Part shown: one piece after another, positions 18,788-29,278 of the stretch | How positions within the stretch are numbered: the stretch's first letter is position 1 | How the letters are laid out: every line of letters begins with the position of its first letter | From: an uncultured Verrucomicrobiota bacterium | GTDB lineage: Bacteria; Verrucomicrobiota; Kiritimatiellia; JAAZAB01 | NCBI GenBank assembly: GCA_964444425.1 | Contig: CAYUHK010000001.1 | Span: 119,976-183,975 of the forward strand | Direction: 5' to 3' | DNA length: 64,000 nt | Made by a program: the position numbers and the translations under genes | Notes under the pieces: generated by a model | What the model saw: only the letters and a program-made list of their open reading frames with translations | Told to the model about the DNA's origin: nothing | Database searches by the model: none

Positions 18788-19705
18788 TTAAGCTTCTTTT
18801 AAATAGCGCTCAGCTTCCAAGGCTGCCATGCATCCAGTGCCGGCGGCGATAACCGCCTGACGATAAAACTGGTCCTGAACATCCCCAGCGGCAAAAACTC
18901 CTCTGAGATTAGTTCGGGTATGATCGGTTATAATATATCCTAGGGGATTCATGGCCACCTGGTTGACAAAGAGAGCCGTATTCGGTCGATGCCCAATAGC
19001 TATGAAAACACCAGTTACCGGCAACTCCGATAAAGCGCCGGTCTGGACATGTTTCAGACGTAATCCAACCACCTCTTGTTGAGCAACACCCAGAACCTCA
19101 TCTACCACGCTATTCCAAACCACTTGTATTTTGGGATGGTTCAGCACGCGCGCTGTCATAATCTTGGACGCTCGGAATTGATCCCGGCGATGGATAATCG
19201 TTACATGAGAGGCGAAACGAGTTAGAAACAGAGCTTCTTGCATAGCGCTATCGCCGCCACCCACTACGGCAACTGACTTGTCCCTATATAGGGCGCCATC
19301 ACAAGTAGCGCAGGCCGAAACGCCCCGGCCCAGCAGCTGCTGTTCAGATTTCAATCCTAAATAAACAGCCCCAGCCCCCGTGGCGATGATAATAGCTCTG
19401 GCCTCATGACGTTGGCCATCAAGCAGGTCTACTCTTAGAGCAGCTTGGCTGAAATCCACTTTGGCAACCTCCCCAGCCTGCAGGCGGGCTCCAAAATTTT
19501 CTGCTTGCTCACGCATGGCCTGCATCAATGTAGCCGTATCAACACCATGAGGAAATCCAGGAAAATTTTCTACACTGAGGGCGCTGAGCAGCTGCCCACC
19601 AGGATGCGGCCCTTCAATAACCAAAGGCTTTAAAGCAGCTCGCGCCGCATAAATGGCCGCGCTGAGACCGGCGGGGCCCGTGCCAAGAATTATCACCTTT
19701 TCCAT
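18788..19705 (-). CDS. trxB: Thioredoxin-disulfide reductase
   Basis: GTGPAG FAD motif, redox-active CATCDG, and GGGDSAMQEA NADPH motif. 305 aa. Confidence 0.9.
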   Translation of the reverse strand: MEKVIILGTGPAGLSAAIYAARAALKPLVIEGPHPGGQLLSALSVENFPGFPHGVDTATLMQAMREQAENFGARLQAGEVAKVDFSQAALRVDLLDGQRHEARAIIIATGAGAVYLGLKSEQQLLGRGVSACATCDGALYRDKSVAVVGGGDSAMQEALFLTRFASHVTIIHRRDQFRASKIMTARVLNHPKIQVVWNSVVDEVLGVAQQEVVGLRLKHVQTGALSELPVTGVFIAIGHRPNTALFVNQVAMNPLGYIITDHTRTNLRGVFAAGDVQDQFYRQAVIAAGTGCMAALEAERYLKEA

Positions 19706-19947
19706 ATCGTTTTACACCTCGTGTTCAACTTGAAGAGTGATCCAAACACCAAAACCGCGTTCATGCTAGTCTAAGCGACTGGCCAAGGACATTGCATAAT
19801 TCAACCGTATCAATGATACTCCTGCCCCTGGCCAGCCAATAAAGCAAGTCTTGGCCTTGACAAATCCCCAAGAATGCGTTTGCTTGTATTCTGACGATTC
19901 TGATGATGCTGTCAAAACCAAAATTGCCATTTGAAAGGAATATAGCC

Positions 19948-20325
19948 ATGAGCGACATGCTCGTTGAGATCTTTCGCCTGCAGGCTGAGCTAAACCAACG
20001 TATCGGCGTTGATACTCTATCCATTCCTCCAGCGCAGCAGCCGGAATGGGTGTTGAATTACTGTCGGGCGCTTTCTCAAGAACTGGCCGAATTAACCGAT
20101 AGCGTACCTTGGAAATGGTGGGCCAAGTATCAAAAATTTGACAAACAAAATGCGCGGGTAGAAGTGGTGGATATGTTTCATTTTCTTATATCCTTGGCAC
20201 AGGTATTGGGCATGTCTGCCGAAGATGTCTATGCCGCCTATATCCAAAAAAACCAAGTGAATTTTGAGCGGCAAGCCAATGGCTATACAACTAAAAACGA
20301 GAATGATAGCCGCCATATCGGTTGA
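19948..20325 (+). CDS. Dimeric dUTPase-like / all-alpha NTP pyrophosphohydrolase family protein
   Basis: ELTDSVPWKWWAKYQKFD...EVVDMFHFLISL resembles the dimeric dUTPase (dUTPase_2) family signature. ATG 19948, preceded by AAAGGA, is preferred over the ORF-track start 19903. Confidence 0.6.
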   Translation: MSDMLVEIFRLQAELNQRIGVDTLSIPPAQQPEWVLNYCRALSQELAELTDSVPWKWWAKYQKFDKQNARVEVVDMFHFLISLAQVLGMSAEDVYAAYIQKNQVNFERQANGYTTKNENDSRHIG

Positions 20326-20356
20326 TCAAGAAATCAAGTAATGCCAATGGTAGACG

Positions 20357-22072
20357 CTAGGTGTAGCGCAGAACTTCTTCCGCCGTAGTATAGCCGTCGA
20401 AGATGTTACGTAGGCCGTCATCCCGCAGAATGCGCATGCCTTGTTCTATAGCCTTGTTTCGGATTTCCAAGGTGGGTTTTTTCTGATTAATCAGTTGCCG
20501 GACGGCATCAGTAATCATCAGGTATTCATACAAGCCCTTACGTTCACTGTGATAACCTGTATTATGACACTCAGGGCAGCCCTTGCCATAGTAAAAAGGG
20601 CGCCCCGCCAGTGACTCCTCCGTCAGGTTGAACAATTCTAACATCTGCTTATCAGGCTGATATGGCGTCTTACACTTTGTGCATATCTGACGCACTAAAC
20701 GCTGAGCCAAGATAGCTTCCATGGTCGATGAGATCAAAAAAGGCTCAACATCCATATCTATTAGCCGGGTAATGGCGCCGGCAGCATCATTAGTATGAAG
20801 AGTGCTCAAAACCAAGTGACCAGTTAATGAGGCCTGAATAGCGATTTGAGCTGTTTCCATATCACGAATTTCGCCGATCATGATGACGTCGGGATCCTGG
20901 CGAACAAAATGGCGCAAAATACGTGCAAAAGTAACTCCTGCTGCTTCGTTTACCGGAACCTGAACTATGCCTTCGATATCATATTCCACCGGATCTTCGC
21001 AGGTCAGCAATTTGGCTTCAATTCTATTGATTCGTCGCAAAGCGGAATAGAGGGTGGTGGTTTTCCCGGATCCGGTTGGGCCGGTGACGATGATAATTCC
21101 ATTCGGTTTTTCAATGTCCTTTGATAAAGCATCGTAGACATCCGGAGGCATGCCCAGATTATTTAATTCCAAAGATTTGGTAGCTCGATCCAAAATACGC
21201 AGCACAACGCTTTCGCCGAATTCGGTCGGCAGTGTCGATACCCGAAAATCAATAGGCCGGCCAAGTATATTCATTTGTATGCGGTTATCTTGCGGCAAGC
21301 GCCGCTCGGCGATATTCATGCCAGCCATGACCTTGATGCGTGAAATAACGGGCAAAGCCAAGCTGAGCGGTGGCGGCTTCATTTCATATAAGGCCCCAGC
21401 CACGCGATAACGGATTTTGAATTCATTTTCAAAAGGTTCAAAATGGATGTCCGCTGCCTTGGATTGTACGGCTTCATACAGGATCAGATTAACAAACCGT
21501 ACCACTGGCGCTGAATTAGCCGCCTCGGCTAGCCCTGTTTCATCTTCTGTTTTGCCTTCTCGCAACTGTAAGCCTGCGCCAGCCTCAAATTCCGATTCCA
21601 GAGCCGCCAGCAGATCGTTGATCGAGATATTATCGCTGCCATAAAAGCGTTCTATCTGGCTTTTGATATCATTCTCTCGAGCTATAACAAAGGAGATATC
21701 GCGGGTCAACACGAAGCGAATCTCATCCACGATTTCTGGAGTCGGCAGGCGCGAAGTGGCTAGCACCACGGCATTTGATTTCAACTCTATCGGAACAATA
21801 TTATACAAGCGAGCAACGCTGGCGGGAATGGTTTGGATCGCTTGAGGCGATATTTCCATTTCCTTTAAGTCAATGATGGTTGTTCCCAAATGATTGGCTA
21901 TCACCGCCAATAAATCGTCTTCTTTAAGCATGCCTGTATCAATGACGATTTGATGGACTGAATTGCCAGTCCGTTGCTGTTCTTCGCGGACATCTTCCAG
22001 CTGTTCGGCAGTCAAAGCGCCGTTATCCATCAGCAGTTGTAATAAGGTTTCTTGGCTGGTCACTTCATCCAT
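20357..22072 (-). CDS. GspE/PilB-family secretion or type IV pilus assembly ATPase (paralog 2)
   Basis: N-terminal GspE_N-type domain, Walker [10 protein letters not shown], Asp and His boxes, and tetracysteine CTKC...CPEC. Confidence 0.9.
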   Translation of the reverse strand: MDEVTSQETLLQLLMDNGALTAEQLEDVREEQQRTGNSVHQIVIDTGMLKEDDLLAVIANHLGTTIIDLKEMEISPQAIQTIPASVARLYNIVPIELKSNAVVLATSRLPTPEIVDEIRFVLTRDISFVIARENDIKSQIERFYGSDNISINDLLAALESEFEAGAGLQLREGKTEDETGLAEAANSAPVVRFVNLILYEAVQSKAADIHFEPFENEFKIRYRVAGALYEMKPPPLSLALPVISRIKVMAGMNIAERRLPQDNRIQMNILGRPIDFRVSTLPTEFGESVVLRILDRATKSLELNNLGMPPDVYDALSKDIEKPNGIIIVTGPTGSGKTTTLYSALRRINRIEAKLLTCEDPVEYDIEGIVQVPVNEAAGVTFARILRHFVRQDPDVIMIGEIRDMETAQIAIQASLTGHLVLSTLHTNDAAGAITRLIDMDVEPFLISSTMEAILAQRLVRQICTKCKTPYQPDKQMLELFNLTEESLAGRPFYYGKGCPECHNTGYHSERKGLYEYLMITDAVRQLINQKKPTLEIRNKAIEQGMRILRDDGLRNIFDGYTTAEEVLRYT

Positions 22073-22081
22073 AATCAGCCT

Positions 22082-23173
22082 CTAGCGTTTGCGGGGGCCC
22101 CGTAATTTATTGATGATTGCCTCGGGGTCTTGAGATTTGGTAATTAAGTTCTCGTAATCTATCAAGCCAGCCTCGTACAGTGACAACAAGTGGGCATCGA
22201 GAGTCACCATGCCCCACTTGGCGCCGGTCTGAATATCCGAAGTGATGCGGAAGGTCTTATTCTCGCGAATCAGCGATTGAATCGATGGCGTGCTTATCAT
22301 GATCTCAAAAGCCGCCAAGCGCCCTGGCTGGTCCTTGCGAATAATCAATAATTGAGAAATAACAGCAATGATGCTGGAGGCCAGTTGAGTGCGAACTTGT
22401 TCCTGTTGATTGATCGGAAAAGCATCTACAATACGATCCACGGTCCGGGCGGCGCCGGTAGTATGCAGCGTGGCTAAAACCAGATGGCCGGTCTCTGCCG
22501 CAGTGAGGGCGGCTTCCATTGTCTCCAGATCGCGCATTTCGCCGACGAGCATCACATCCGGATCCTGGCGCAAAGCCCGCCGTAAAGCTTCCTTAAAATT
22601 GGGAACATCAATACCCACTTCGCGCTGAGTAACAATGGATTTCTTATGCGAGTGATAATATTCGATCGGGTCCTCGATAGTTATAATATGACAATCGCGT
22701 TCAATATTGATCAAGTCTATCATGCTGGCCAAGGTAGTCGTTTTTCCGCACCCGGTTGGCCCAGTAACTAGAATAAGGCCGCGGGGACGAAACAGCAGGT
22801 CTTTTACCTGAGCCGGCAGCCCTATCTCTTCCAGGCTTAACATCTGGGAAGGGATTTGGCGCAACACGATGCCAATATTACCTTTGCTTTTCAGCACGCT
22901 GGCGCGAAAACGCGCGGCGGCCCCAAAACTGAAGCCAAAATCCATCCCCCCGGATTCGCGAATCTTTTGCTGATAGGTTTCCGAAGTAATGCTCTTCATG
23001 AAACGCTCGGTATCCTCTGGAGTCAAAGGCGGCAGATTCACCGCCTGCAGGCTGCCATGGAGGCGCAGCATGGGTGCTAAACCAACGCTAAGATGCAAAT
23101 CAGATGCGCCTTCATCCACAACCATCTGCAGCAAATCGCTCATGTCGATATCAGCTGTAGGCGGTTCGTTCAT
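22082..23173 (-). CDS. pilT: Type IV pilus retraction ATPase PilT
   Basis: 363 aa with no GspE_N domain. Walker [10 protein letters not shown], Walker B/Asp box, and PilT-type SLIRENK motif. Confidence 0.9.
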   Translation of the reverse strand: MNEPPTADIDMSDLLQMVVDEGASDLHLSVGLAPMLRLHGSLQAVNLPPLTPEDTERFMKSITSETYQQKIRESGGMDFGFSFGAAARFRASVLKSKGNIGIVLRQIPSQMLSLEEIGLPAQVKDLLFRPRGLILVTGPTGCGKTTTLASMIDLINIERDCHIITIEDPIEYYHSHKKSIVTQREVGIDVPNFKEALRRALRQDPDVMLVGEMRDLETMEAALTAAETGHLVLATLHTTGAARTVDRIVDAFPINQQEQVRTQLASSIIAVISQLLIIRKDQPGRLAAFEIMISTPSIQSLIRENKTFRITSDIQTGAKWGMVTLDAHLLSLYEAGLIDYENLITKSQDPEAIINKLRGPRKR

Positions 23174-23177
23174 AGCT

Positions 23178-24869
23178 TTAATCCCCCTGGGTTATGCTGA
23201 TGACTTCTTCAAGCGTAGTCAAGCCGGACATAACCTTACGTATCCCATCCTCGCGAAGTATTCGCATGCCCATCTCGCGAGCGCGCTTACGCAGAACATC
23301 CGCAGACACTTGACGAAAGATCAAGTCCAGCACATCATTATTAATGATAAAAATTTCGAAGATGCCTTTCTGTCCGAAGTAGCCAGTTTGGCCACAGGCG
23401 CTGCAACCTCGGCCCCTAAACAGCTTAAGATTGGGTTGTTGGGCGGCAGCGGGGCCCAGCAAGCGGAGCTCGTCCTCAGAGGGGGTATAAGCCTCCTTGC
23501 ATTTCTCACAAATAACCCGCACCAAACGCTGGGCGAGCGTAGCCCGGATAGAAGAAGCCAAGAGAAATGGCTTAATCCCTATATCCAGGAGCCGGGTGAT
23601 CGCGCTAGGCGCGTCGTTGGTGTGAAGGGTGCTAAAAACCAGATGTCCGGTCAATGCTGCATTGATGGCTATTTCGGCTGTTTCCAAGTCACGAATTTCG
23701 CCGATCATGATAATGTTGGGAGCCTGCCGCAGCATGGACCTTAAGACCGCTGGAAAAGTTAACCCAATATCTTCTTTAACATTGACCTGGTTAATGCCCG
23801 CCAAGTGATATTCAACCGGATCCTCTACCGTAATAATTTTACGATCCGCACGATTTAAATGATTCAAAACGGCATACAGAGTGGTGGTTTTGCCGGAACC
23901 GGTAGGACCGGTGATCAGCAGGATTCCATCGGCCAACCCTATCAACCTTTCAAAAGTTTGTTGATCGTCGGCAAAGAAGCCCAGCTTAGGCAAGCCTAAT
24001 TCCAGTGTTTTCTGGGTAAGAATACGCATGACCATGCTCTCGCCATGGCTCGCCGGCACAGTGGAGACACGTAAGTCCAAATCCTCCCCGCCTATGGTTA
24101 TTTTAATCTGCCCATCCTGTGGAATGCGTTTCTCTGCCAATTTCATTCCAGCCATTAATTTTAAGCGACTGATGATGGATGATTGTAGACGTTTCGGCGG
24201 GTTCTCCACCTCGCGCAGTTCACCATCGATGCGATAGCGCACGCGAAAGCGCTTTTCCATAGGCTCTAAATGAATATCCGAGGCGCGGTTACGCTGGGCC
24301 TCCAGAATAATCAGGCTGACTAGTTTAATAATCGGCGCATCAGAATCAGCGCTTAGCTCATCATCGGCCGATACGATCCTCTTAAGGGCTACAGCATCAA
24401 GTTGTTTTTGGCTGATTAATTCTTCGATGGTTTTTTCCTGGCGCCCATAATAATGGTCTAAGGCAATGGAAATTTCTTCATCCGAAGCCACCACCCCTTC
24501 AACATTGCGTTTCAGTATAAAGCGCAGGCTATCTAAGGTCTGAATATCCAGCGGATCAGCTAATGCCACGGTCAGCATGTTATCGCTGTTGAAAACAGGA
24601 ACCACCTTATAGCGGCGGGCGATCGTAGCGGGAATCTGTTTAATGATCTCGGGGGGTATCTCTTGTTCGGCAAGCACTATCACATCCATGCCCAGCTGCA
24701 TGGCGACGGTTTTCAAAACCTCCATTTTGGAGATAACGCCGGTATCTATTAGTGCCTCCACCACGCTTTGATTGGCGTTGGCATGTGATTTAGCCTTTTC
24801 GATCTGTTCGGCGTTGATCAAGCCGACATCCTTGAGTATCTCAATGATATAACTATCATTAGTGCTCAA
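23178..24869 (-). CDS. pilB: GspE/PilB-family type IV pilus assembly ATPase (paralog 1)
   Basis: GspE_N-like N-terminus, Walker [10 protein letters not shown], and tetracysteine CEKC...CSAC. 5 nt upstream of pilT. Confidence 0.9.
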   Translation of the reverse strand: MSTNDSYIIEILKDVGLINAEQIEKAKSHANANQSVVEALIDTGVISKMEVLKTVAMQLGMDVIVLAEQEIPPEIIKQIPATIARRYKVVPVFNSDNMLTVALADPLDIQTLDSLRFILKRNVEGVVASDEEISIALDHYYGRQEKTIEELISQKQLDAVALKRIVSADDELSADSDAPIIKLVSLIILEAQRNRASDIHLEPMEKRFRVRYRIDGELREVENPPKRLQSSIISRLKLMAGMKLAEKRIPQDGQIKITIGGEDLDLRVSTVPASHGESMVMRILTQKTLELGLPKLGFFADDQQTFERLIGLADGILLITGPTGSGKTTTLYAVLNHLNRADRKIITVEDPVEYHLAGINQVNVKEDIGLTFPAVLRSMLRQAPNIIMIGEIRDLETAEIAINAALTGHLVFSTLHTNDAPSAITRLLDIGIKPFLLASSIRATLAQRLVRVICEKCKEAYTPSEDELRLLGPAAAQQPNLKLFRGRGCSACGQTGYFGQKGIFEIFIINNDVLDLIFRQVSADVLRKRAREMGMRILREDGIRKVMSGLTTLEEVISITQGD

Positions 24870-24922
24870 AGCTTGCTCCTCCTTACCGCTTACTTATTTT
24901 TAAGGCTAACCTACACTCAAAC

Positions 24923-26350
24923 TTAGCCAAGCGTCAATTTTTTCTCTAATAGTTCTCGCACCCGTTTGGGGTGAGCCTTCCCCTTACTGGCTCGCATGAC
25001 CTGCCCAACCAGAAATTGTAATGCCGCCACCTTGCCGGCACGAAAATCGGATGCAGATTGAGCTTGCTCAACCAGCGCCTTATCCACTAATGCCTCCAAA
25101 GCAGTCGCATCGCTGATCTGAGCCAGCCCCTTCTGTTGCACCCACTCTTCGGGGTCGCCACCCTGTTCAAAGAGCGCCGCAAATACTTCTTTGGCCGTGT
25201 TAGAATTTAATACCTGTGTTTCCGTCAGACGCACCAGATCGGCCAGCGCACGCGGTGTCATCACCACTTGTTCAAGCTCCATTTCCTTTTCCGCCAGCCA
25301 ACGGAGCATTTCGGTCATAAGCCAGTTGGATATCGCTTTTGGAAAAGATGAATGTAGACAGGCCTCTTCAAAATAATCGGCCAAAGCCTTGTCGGCTGAG
25401 AGCACCCGGGCATCATAAGCAGGAATCCCATATTGGCGAATCAATCGTTCGCAGCGCTGGCGCGGTAATTCCGGCAATAGTTGACGCCAATGTTCAACTT
25501 GCTCCGTTGATAGGATTATCGGCATCAGGTCCGGGTCAGGAAAATAGCGGTAATCGTTAGCCTCTTCCTTGGAACGCATGGACTCGGTAATTCCTTGATC
25601 GGTCTCCCATCGCCGAGTCTCTTGAGCCACAACCCCTCCAGCGGCAAGTAGATCGGCCTGGCGATTAATTTCATGTTTCAGCGCTTGAAAGACGCCTTTG
25701 AAGGTATTTAGATTTTTGATTTCAGTTTTGACGCCCAAAGCCTCTTGCCCGACAGGCCTCAGGCTGCAATTAACATCGCAGCGCAGGTTGCCTTGCTCCA
25801 GATTACAATGGCTGATACCGCCATATAACAGGATTTGTTTTAAGGCTTGTAAAAAGGCCATGGCTTCTTCAGCAGACTCCATTTCTGGCTTAGTCACCAC
25901 TTCCATCAGCGGCGTTCCCGCACGGTTGAAATCAATGCAGCTAGATTCTCGAACATGTATATTCTTGCCCACATCTTCTTCCAAATGAATCCGCTCCAGA
26001 TGAATCGTCTTGCTAAGACCACTTACTGCAATCTCAATCATCCCGCCGGAGCAAAGCGGATGGTCGTATTGCGAGATCTGATAGTTTTTGGATACATCCG
26101 GATAAAAATAATTTTTGCGATCGAATTTACTGAAGGTATTGATAGTGGAGCCCAACATCAAACCGGCCATGACAGTTAGGCGCAGGGCCTCTTCGTTAAT
26201 CACCGGCAGGGCACCGGGATAACCCAGACAAACCGGGCATACTAAGGTATTGGGCGGCCTGCCAAAAGCCGTTTGACAAGCGCAGAACATCTTGGTTTGC
26301 GTTGCCAGCTGAACGTGCACCTCTAGTCCGATAGCTGCGATATAGTTCAT
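24923..26350 (-). CDS. gatB: Asp/Glu-tRNA(Asn/Gln) amidotransferase subunit B
   Basis: 475 aa. IGLEVHVQL start, cysteine motif CPVCLGYPG, and C-terminal YqeY-like tail. Follows gatA. Confidence 0.92.
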   Translation of the reverse strand: MNYIAAIGLEVHVQLATQTKMFCACQTAFGRPPNTLVCPVCLGYPGALPVINEEALRLTVMAGLMLGSTINTFSKFDRKNYFYPDVSKNYQISQYDHPLCSGGMIEIAVSGLSKTIHLERIHLEEDVGKNIHVRESSCIDFNRAGTPLMEVVTKPEMESAEEAMAFLQALKQILLYGGISHCNLEQGNLRCDVNCSLRPVGQEALGVKTEIKNLNTFKGVFQALKHEINRQADLLAAGGVVAQETRRWETDQGITESMRSKEEANDYRYFPDPDLMPIILSTEQVEHWRQLLPELPRQRCERLIRQYGIPAYDARVLSADKALADYFEEACLHSSFPKAISNWLMTEMLRWLAEKEMELEQVVMTPRALADLVRLTETQVLNSNTAKEVFAALFEQGGDPEEWVQQKGLAQISDATALEALVDKALVEQAQSASDFRAGKVAALQFLVGQVMRASKGKAHPKRVRELLEKKLTLG

Positions 26351-26367
26351 AAACTTGCTCCTAGCAG

Positions 26368-27831
26368 CTATCTAGAGATCGGCTTGCGCCGATGCCATTC
26401 CGTAGATTGTTCATATGCATACCCGACTCGTAGAATGCGCTCCTCGCCAAAGGCTGGACCAATCACTTGTAAGCCAACCGGCAAGCCCGCGCTTGTGAAC
26501 CCGCATGGCAACGATAGAGCGCAAAGCCCGGCCAGGCTGGCTGGTGCCATAAAAATATCCACTAAATACATTTGCAAGGGATCGTGGTTCTTTTCGCCAA
26601 TCCGATAGGCAACGATAGGCGCTACCGGTGTTAACAAAACGTCACAAGCTTGAAAGACTTGATCAAATTCACGCCGGATCAGCGTCCGCGCCTTCTGAGC
26701 ATGTAAGTAATAAGCATCGTAATACCCGCTGCTGAGCACATAGGTCCCCAGGATGATGCGGCGCTTAACCTCGGATCCAAATCCAGCCGAGCGCGTGCGG
26801 GTATACATTTCTAAGAGGCTGTTGACATCAGGCGCGCGCTGGCCATAGCGCACGCCATCAAAGCGCGCTAAATTAGCTGAGGCTTCAGCGCAAGCTATAA
26901 TATGATAAACAGCGATAGCATGCGACGTCATAGGCAAAGATGTCTCAATAAGCGTAGCGCCCAAACGTTCGCATTGGCCTATCGCCTCTTGAACGATTTG
27001 CTGCACTTCCGGATCTATGCCTGATGTAAAATATTCCCGCGGTAAGCCAACTTTTACACCCGCAAGACTTGGCTGCAAGGCCGACTCAAAATCTGGAACC
27101 GCTATTTGAGCTGATGTCGTATCGCACGGGTCATGGCCCGCGATAACATTCAATATAATGGCCGCATCTCGAACGTCTTTTGTCATTGGGCCGATTTGGT
27201 CAAGCGAAGATGCAAAGGCGGTCAAGCCATAGCGCGATACCCGCCCATAGGAAGGCTTCAGCCCTACGCAGCCGCAAAATGATGCTGGCAAACGAATGGA
27301 GCCGCCAGTATCAGAGCCTAGGGCAGCGATGGCTTCATCGGCCGCAACAGCTGCGCTGGATCCACCGCTAGAACCGCCCGGCACACGATCTATATCCCAG
27401 GGATTGCGGGTGATCTGCATGGCCGAGTTTTCCGTACTAGAACCCATGGCAAACTCGTCCATATTAGTACGGCCTAAAAATACGGCGCCCGCCGCACGCA
27501 GGCGAGCGATAGCGCTGGCATCATAAGGCGCCTGATATCCCTGCAGGATCTGCGAAGCGCAAGTGCAGGGTTGTCCTATCACGCTGATGGCATCTTTAAC
27601 CGCGATGGGCAACCCCAGCAATGCTGCGGCTTGGCCCTGCTGGCGGCGTGCATCAGCCGCCTGCGCCTGCTGCAGCGCTTGCTCCTCATCCACGTTAATA
27701 TAAGCTCTAAGCTGAGGGTCGTGGGAGCGAATCTCTTCGATCAGGCGCTCTACCAATTGGCGTGAAGAGCAGGCGCCCTTGCGCAATAGCTCACGGCTTT
27801 GATGGAGCGTTAGCTGATTCAAATTTTGCAT
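26368..27831 (-). CDS. gatA: Glutamyl-tRNA(Gln) amidotransferase subunit A
   Basis: Amidase signature GGSSGGSSAAVA with catalytic Ser/Lys context. 487 aa. Confidence 0.92.
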   Translation of the reverse strand: MQNLNQLTLHQSRELLRKGACSSRQLVERLIEEIRSHDPQLRAYINVDEEQALQQAQAADARRQQGQAAALLGLPIAVKDAISVIGQPCTCASQILQGYQAPYDASAIARLRAAGAVFLGRTNMDEFAMGSSTENSAMQITRNPWDIDRVPGGSSGGSSAAVAADEAIAALGSDTGGSIRLPASFCGCVGLKPSYGRVSRYGLTAFASSLDQIGPMTKDVRDAAIILNVIAGHDPCDTTSAQIAVPDFESALQPSLAGVKVGLPREYFTSGIDPEVQQIVQEAIGQCERLGATLIETSLPMTSHAIAVYHIIACAEASANLARFDGVRYGQRAPDVNSLLEMYTRTRSAGFGSEVKRRIILGTYVLSSGYYDAYYLHAQKARTLIRREFDQVFQACDVLLTPVAPIVAYRIGEKNHDPLQMYLVDIFMAPASLAGLCALSLPCGFTSAGLPVGLQVIGPAFGEERILRVGYAYEQSTEWHRRKPISR

Positions 27832-27845
27832 AAAGACATGCCAGA

Positions 27846-28160
27846 CTAAATAATTTTAGGAACGAGAAACTGTTCGCCATCATGACGCGGTGCGTTGGCT
27901 AGCACGGCGCTGCGCGCCAGCCCCGGCTGAACTACATCCTTACGCAATGCATTAGGCTGCCGGACGACCTGTGCCGTGGGCTCCACGCCCGAAACATCAA
28001 GATGCTGCACTTCTTTTATATAATTGACGATCTGCTCTAGTTGCCCCTGAAACGTCACAGCTTCCTTTTCATCCAAAGTCAATCGCGCCAGACCGGCGAT
28101 ATAGGAAACGTCTATTTTATCCTTAGCTTTATTAGCGGGGCTATCAGCCATAACGGGCAT
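27846..28160 (-). CDS. gatC: Asp/Glu-tRNA amidotransferase subunit C
   Basis: About 100 aa. IAGLARLTLDEKE...NALRKD pattern, immediately upstream of gatA. Confidence 0.85.
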   Translation of the reverse strand: MPVMADSPANKAKDKIDVSYIAGLARLTLDEKEAVTFQGQLEQIVNYIKEVQHLDVSGVEPTAQVVRQPNALRKDVVQPGLARSAVLANAPRHDGEQFLVPKII

Positions 28161-28398
28161 CTCCTTGCAAACACAAGAACAGGCGACGTAGCAACAGCAG
28201 AATTGCGAAAAACTTTAACACGAACCCTTGGCTTCGTCCACTATCAATCCATCCCCTTGACCGGCCATCCTGTAAGCCTGTCTGGGCTAGATCCTTCATT
28301 AAAAACAGCCGACCTAACTTGCCTTAAAAAATAAGAGGTTTTGGGATATACAGCTACTTTTTACTAAAATTAGCTGCAACGTAACGACTGAATTCGCC

Positions 28399-28427
28399 TT
28401 GCATGCACAGGCTAGCTGGTATATAAA
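28399..28427 (+). promoter_or_regulatory. Putative sigma-70 promoter of the envelope operon (TTGCAT-17 nt-TATAAA)
   Basis: -35 at 28399-28404 and -10 at 28422-28427, about 90 nt upstream of the lipoprotein gene start. Confidence 0.35.
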
Positions 28428-28515
28428 AGCTTTGTGCTTTAATCGAGCAAGAAGGCTACAATAAATTGCCCGCCGGTATCTTTCCATAGGGCATTTGGAA
28501 GAGGAGCTAAAACCT

Positions 28516-29256
28516 GTGATCACAACACATATCCGGCAAAGATTATCAGCAGCTCTGTTATTGGCGCTATTGTTGGCTGCCTGCGGATGTGGGCAAAGCA
28601 CTGCCAAGATCGATCTTGCGGAACTCCATGATCCTTTTATCAAAAAAGCTAAAGCCAAAACTGATCAGGGTGACCTTAACGGCGCTCTCCAATGCCTAAA
28701 CCTAGCCTTGGACAAACGGCCTAGATTAGCTCAAGCTCATCTTGACGCCGGATTGTTATATGATGATTTCAAGAAAGATTACGCACGGGCGATTTATCAC
28801 TATCAACGTTATCTTGAATTGCGTCCGGATACAGAAAAAAAAGCTATGATCGAAGACCTGATCCATAAGGCCAAAATGTCGTTGGCCGCATTAGTTTCCG
28901 ATCAATTACCTGGTTTTTCAGGGAAACTTAAAGCTTTAGAGGATGAGAATACTCGCCTAAAAAATGATTTACGGGAAGTCAGGGAGAATCTAGCAAAGCG
29001 AATGTTAATGCCTATCGGAACGCCGGCCGAGGCGTTTAAGACTGCCTCAGTAAACCCAGATATATCGGCAACAGCTCTACCAAGTGCCGGCGCCGGCCAA
29101 ACCTACCTAGTACAAGAACGCGATACTTTATCCTTGATAGCAACTAAAGTCTATCAAGACCCCGGTAAGTGGAGAAAGATCCTTGAAGCCAACCGTGGCA
29201 TTTTGTCAGCCCCTGAGAAGTTACGCCCTGGGCAAGTATTAATCATTCCCCAATGA
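28516..29256 (+). CDS. Lipoprotein with TPR repeats, a coiled coil and a C-terminal LysM peptidoglycan-binding domain
   Basis: Signal peptide with lipobox LLAAC|G. TPR-like helices (GDLNGALQCLNLAL...YARAIYHYQRYLELRPD). Coiled coil KLKALEDENTRLKNDLREVRENL. LysM YLVQERDTLSLIATKVY...ANRGILSAPEKLRPGQVLIIP. GTG 28516 has GAGGAG upstream; the ORF-track TTG is at 28495. Confidence 0.75.
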   Translation: MITTHIRQRLSAALLLALLLAACGCGQSTAKIDLAELHDPFIKKAKAKTDQGDLNGALQCLNLALDKRPRLAQAHLDAGLLYDDFKKDYARAIYHYQRYLELRPDTEKKAMIEDLIHKAKMSLAALVSDQLPGFSGKLKALEDENTRLKNDLREVRENLAKRMLMPIGTPAEAFKTASVNPDISATALPSAGAGQTYLVQERDTLSLIATKVYQDPGKWRKILEANRGILSAPEKLRPGQVLIIPQ

Positions 29257-29278
29257 AATGGAAACAGAGGAGGTCAAT

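Noticed and set aside
22989-23744. 251-aa plus-strand ORF antisense to the pilT/pilB junction
   Set aside because: It is a shadow ORF opposite strongly conserved ATPase genes, with low-complexity Ser/Ala/Gly-rich translation. The same reasoning applies to other long antisense ORFs, for example 36516-37331 opposite argJ, 42075-42476 opposite dapB and 7030-7404 opposite lpxA.
23178-24869. c-di-GMP-binding MshEN motif in the N-termini of the two PilB/GspE paralogs
   Set aside because: Both N-termini have the general hydrophobic pattern (for example [16 protein letters not shown]) but lack the leading Arg of the RLGxx(L/V/I)(L/V/I)xxG motif as I recall it. This cannot be claimed without an HMM.
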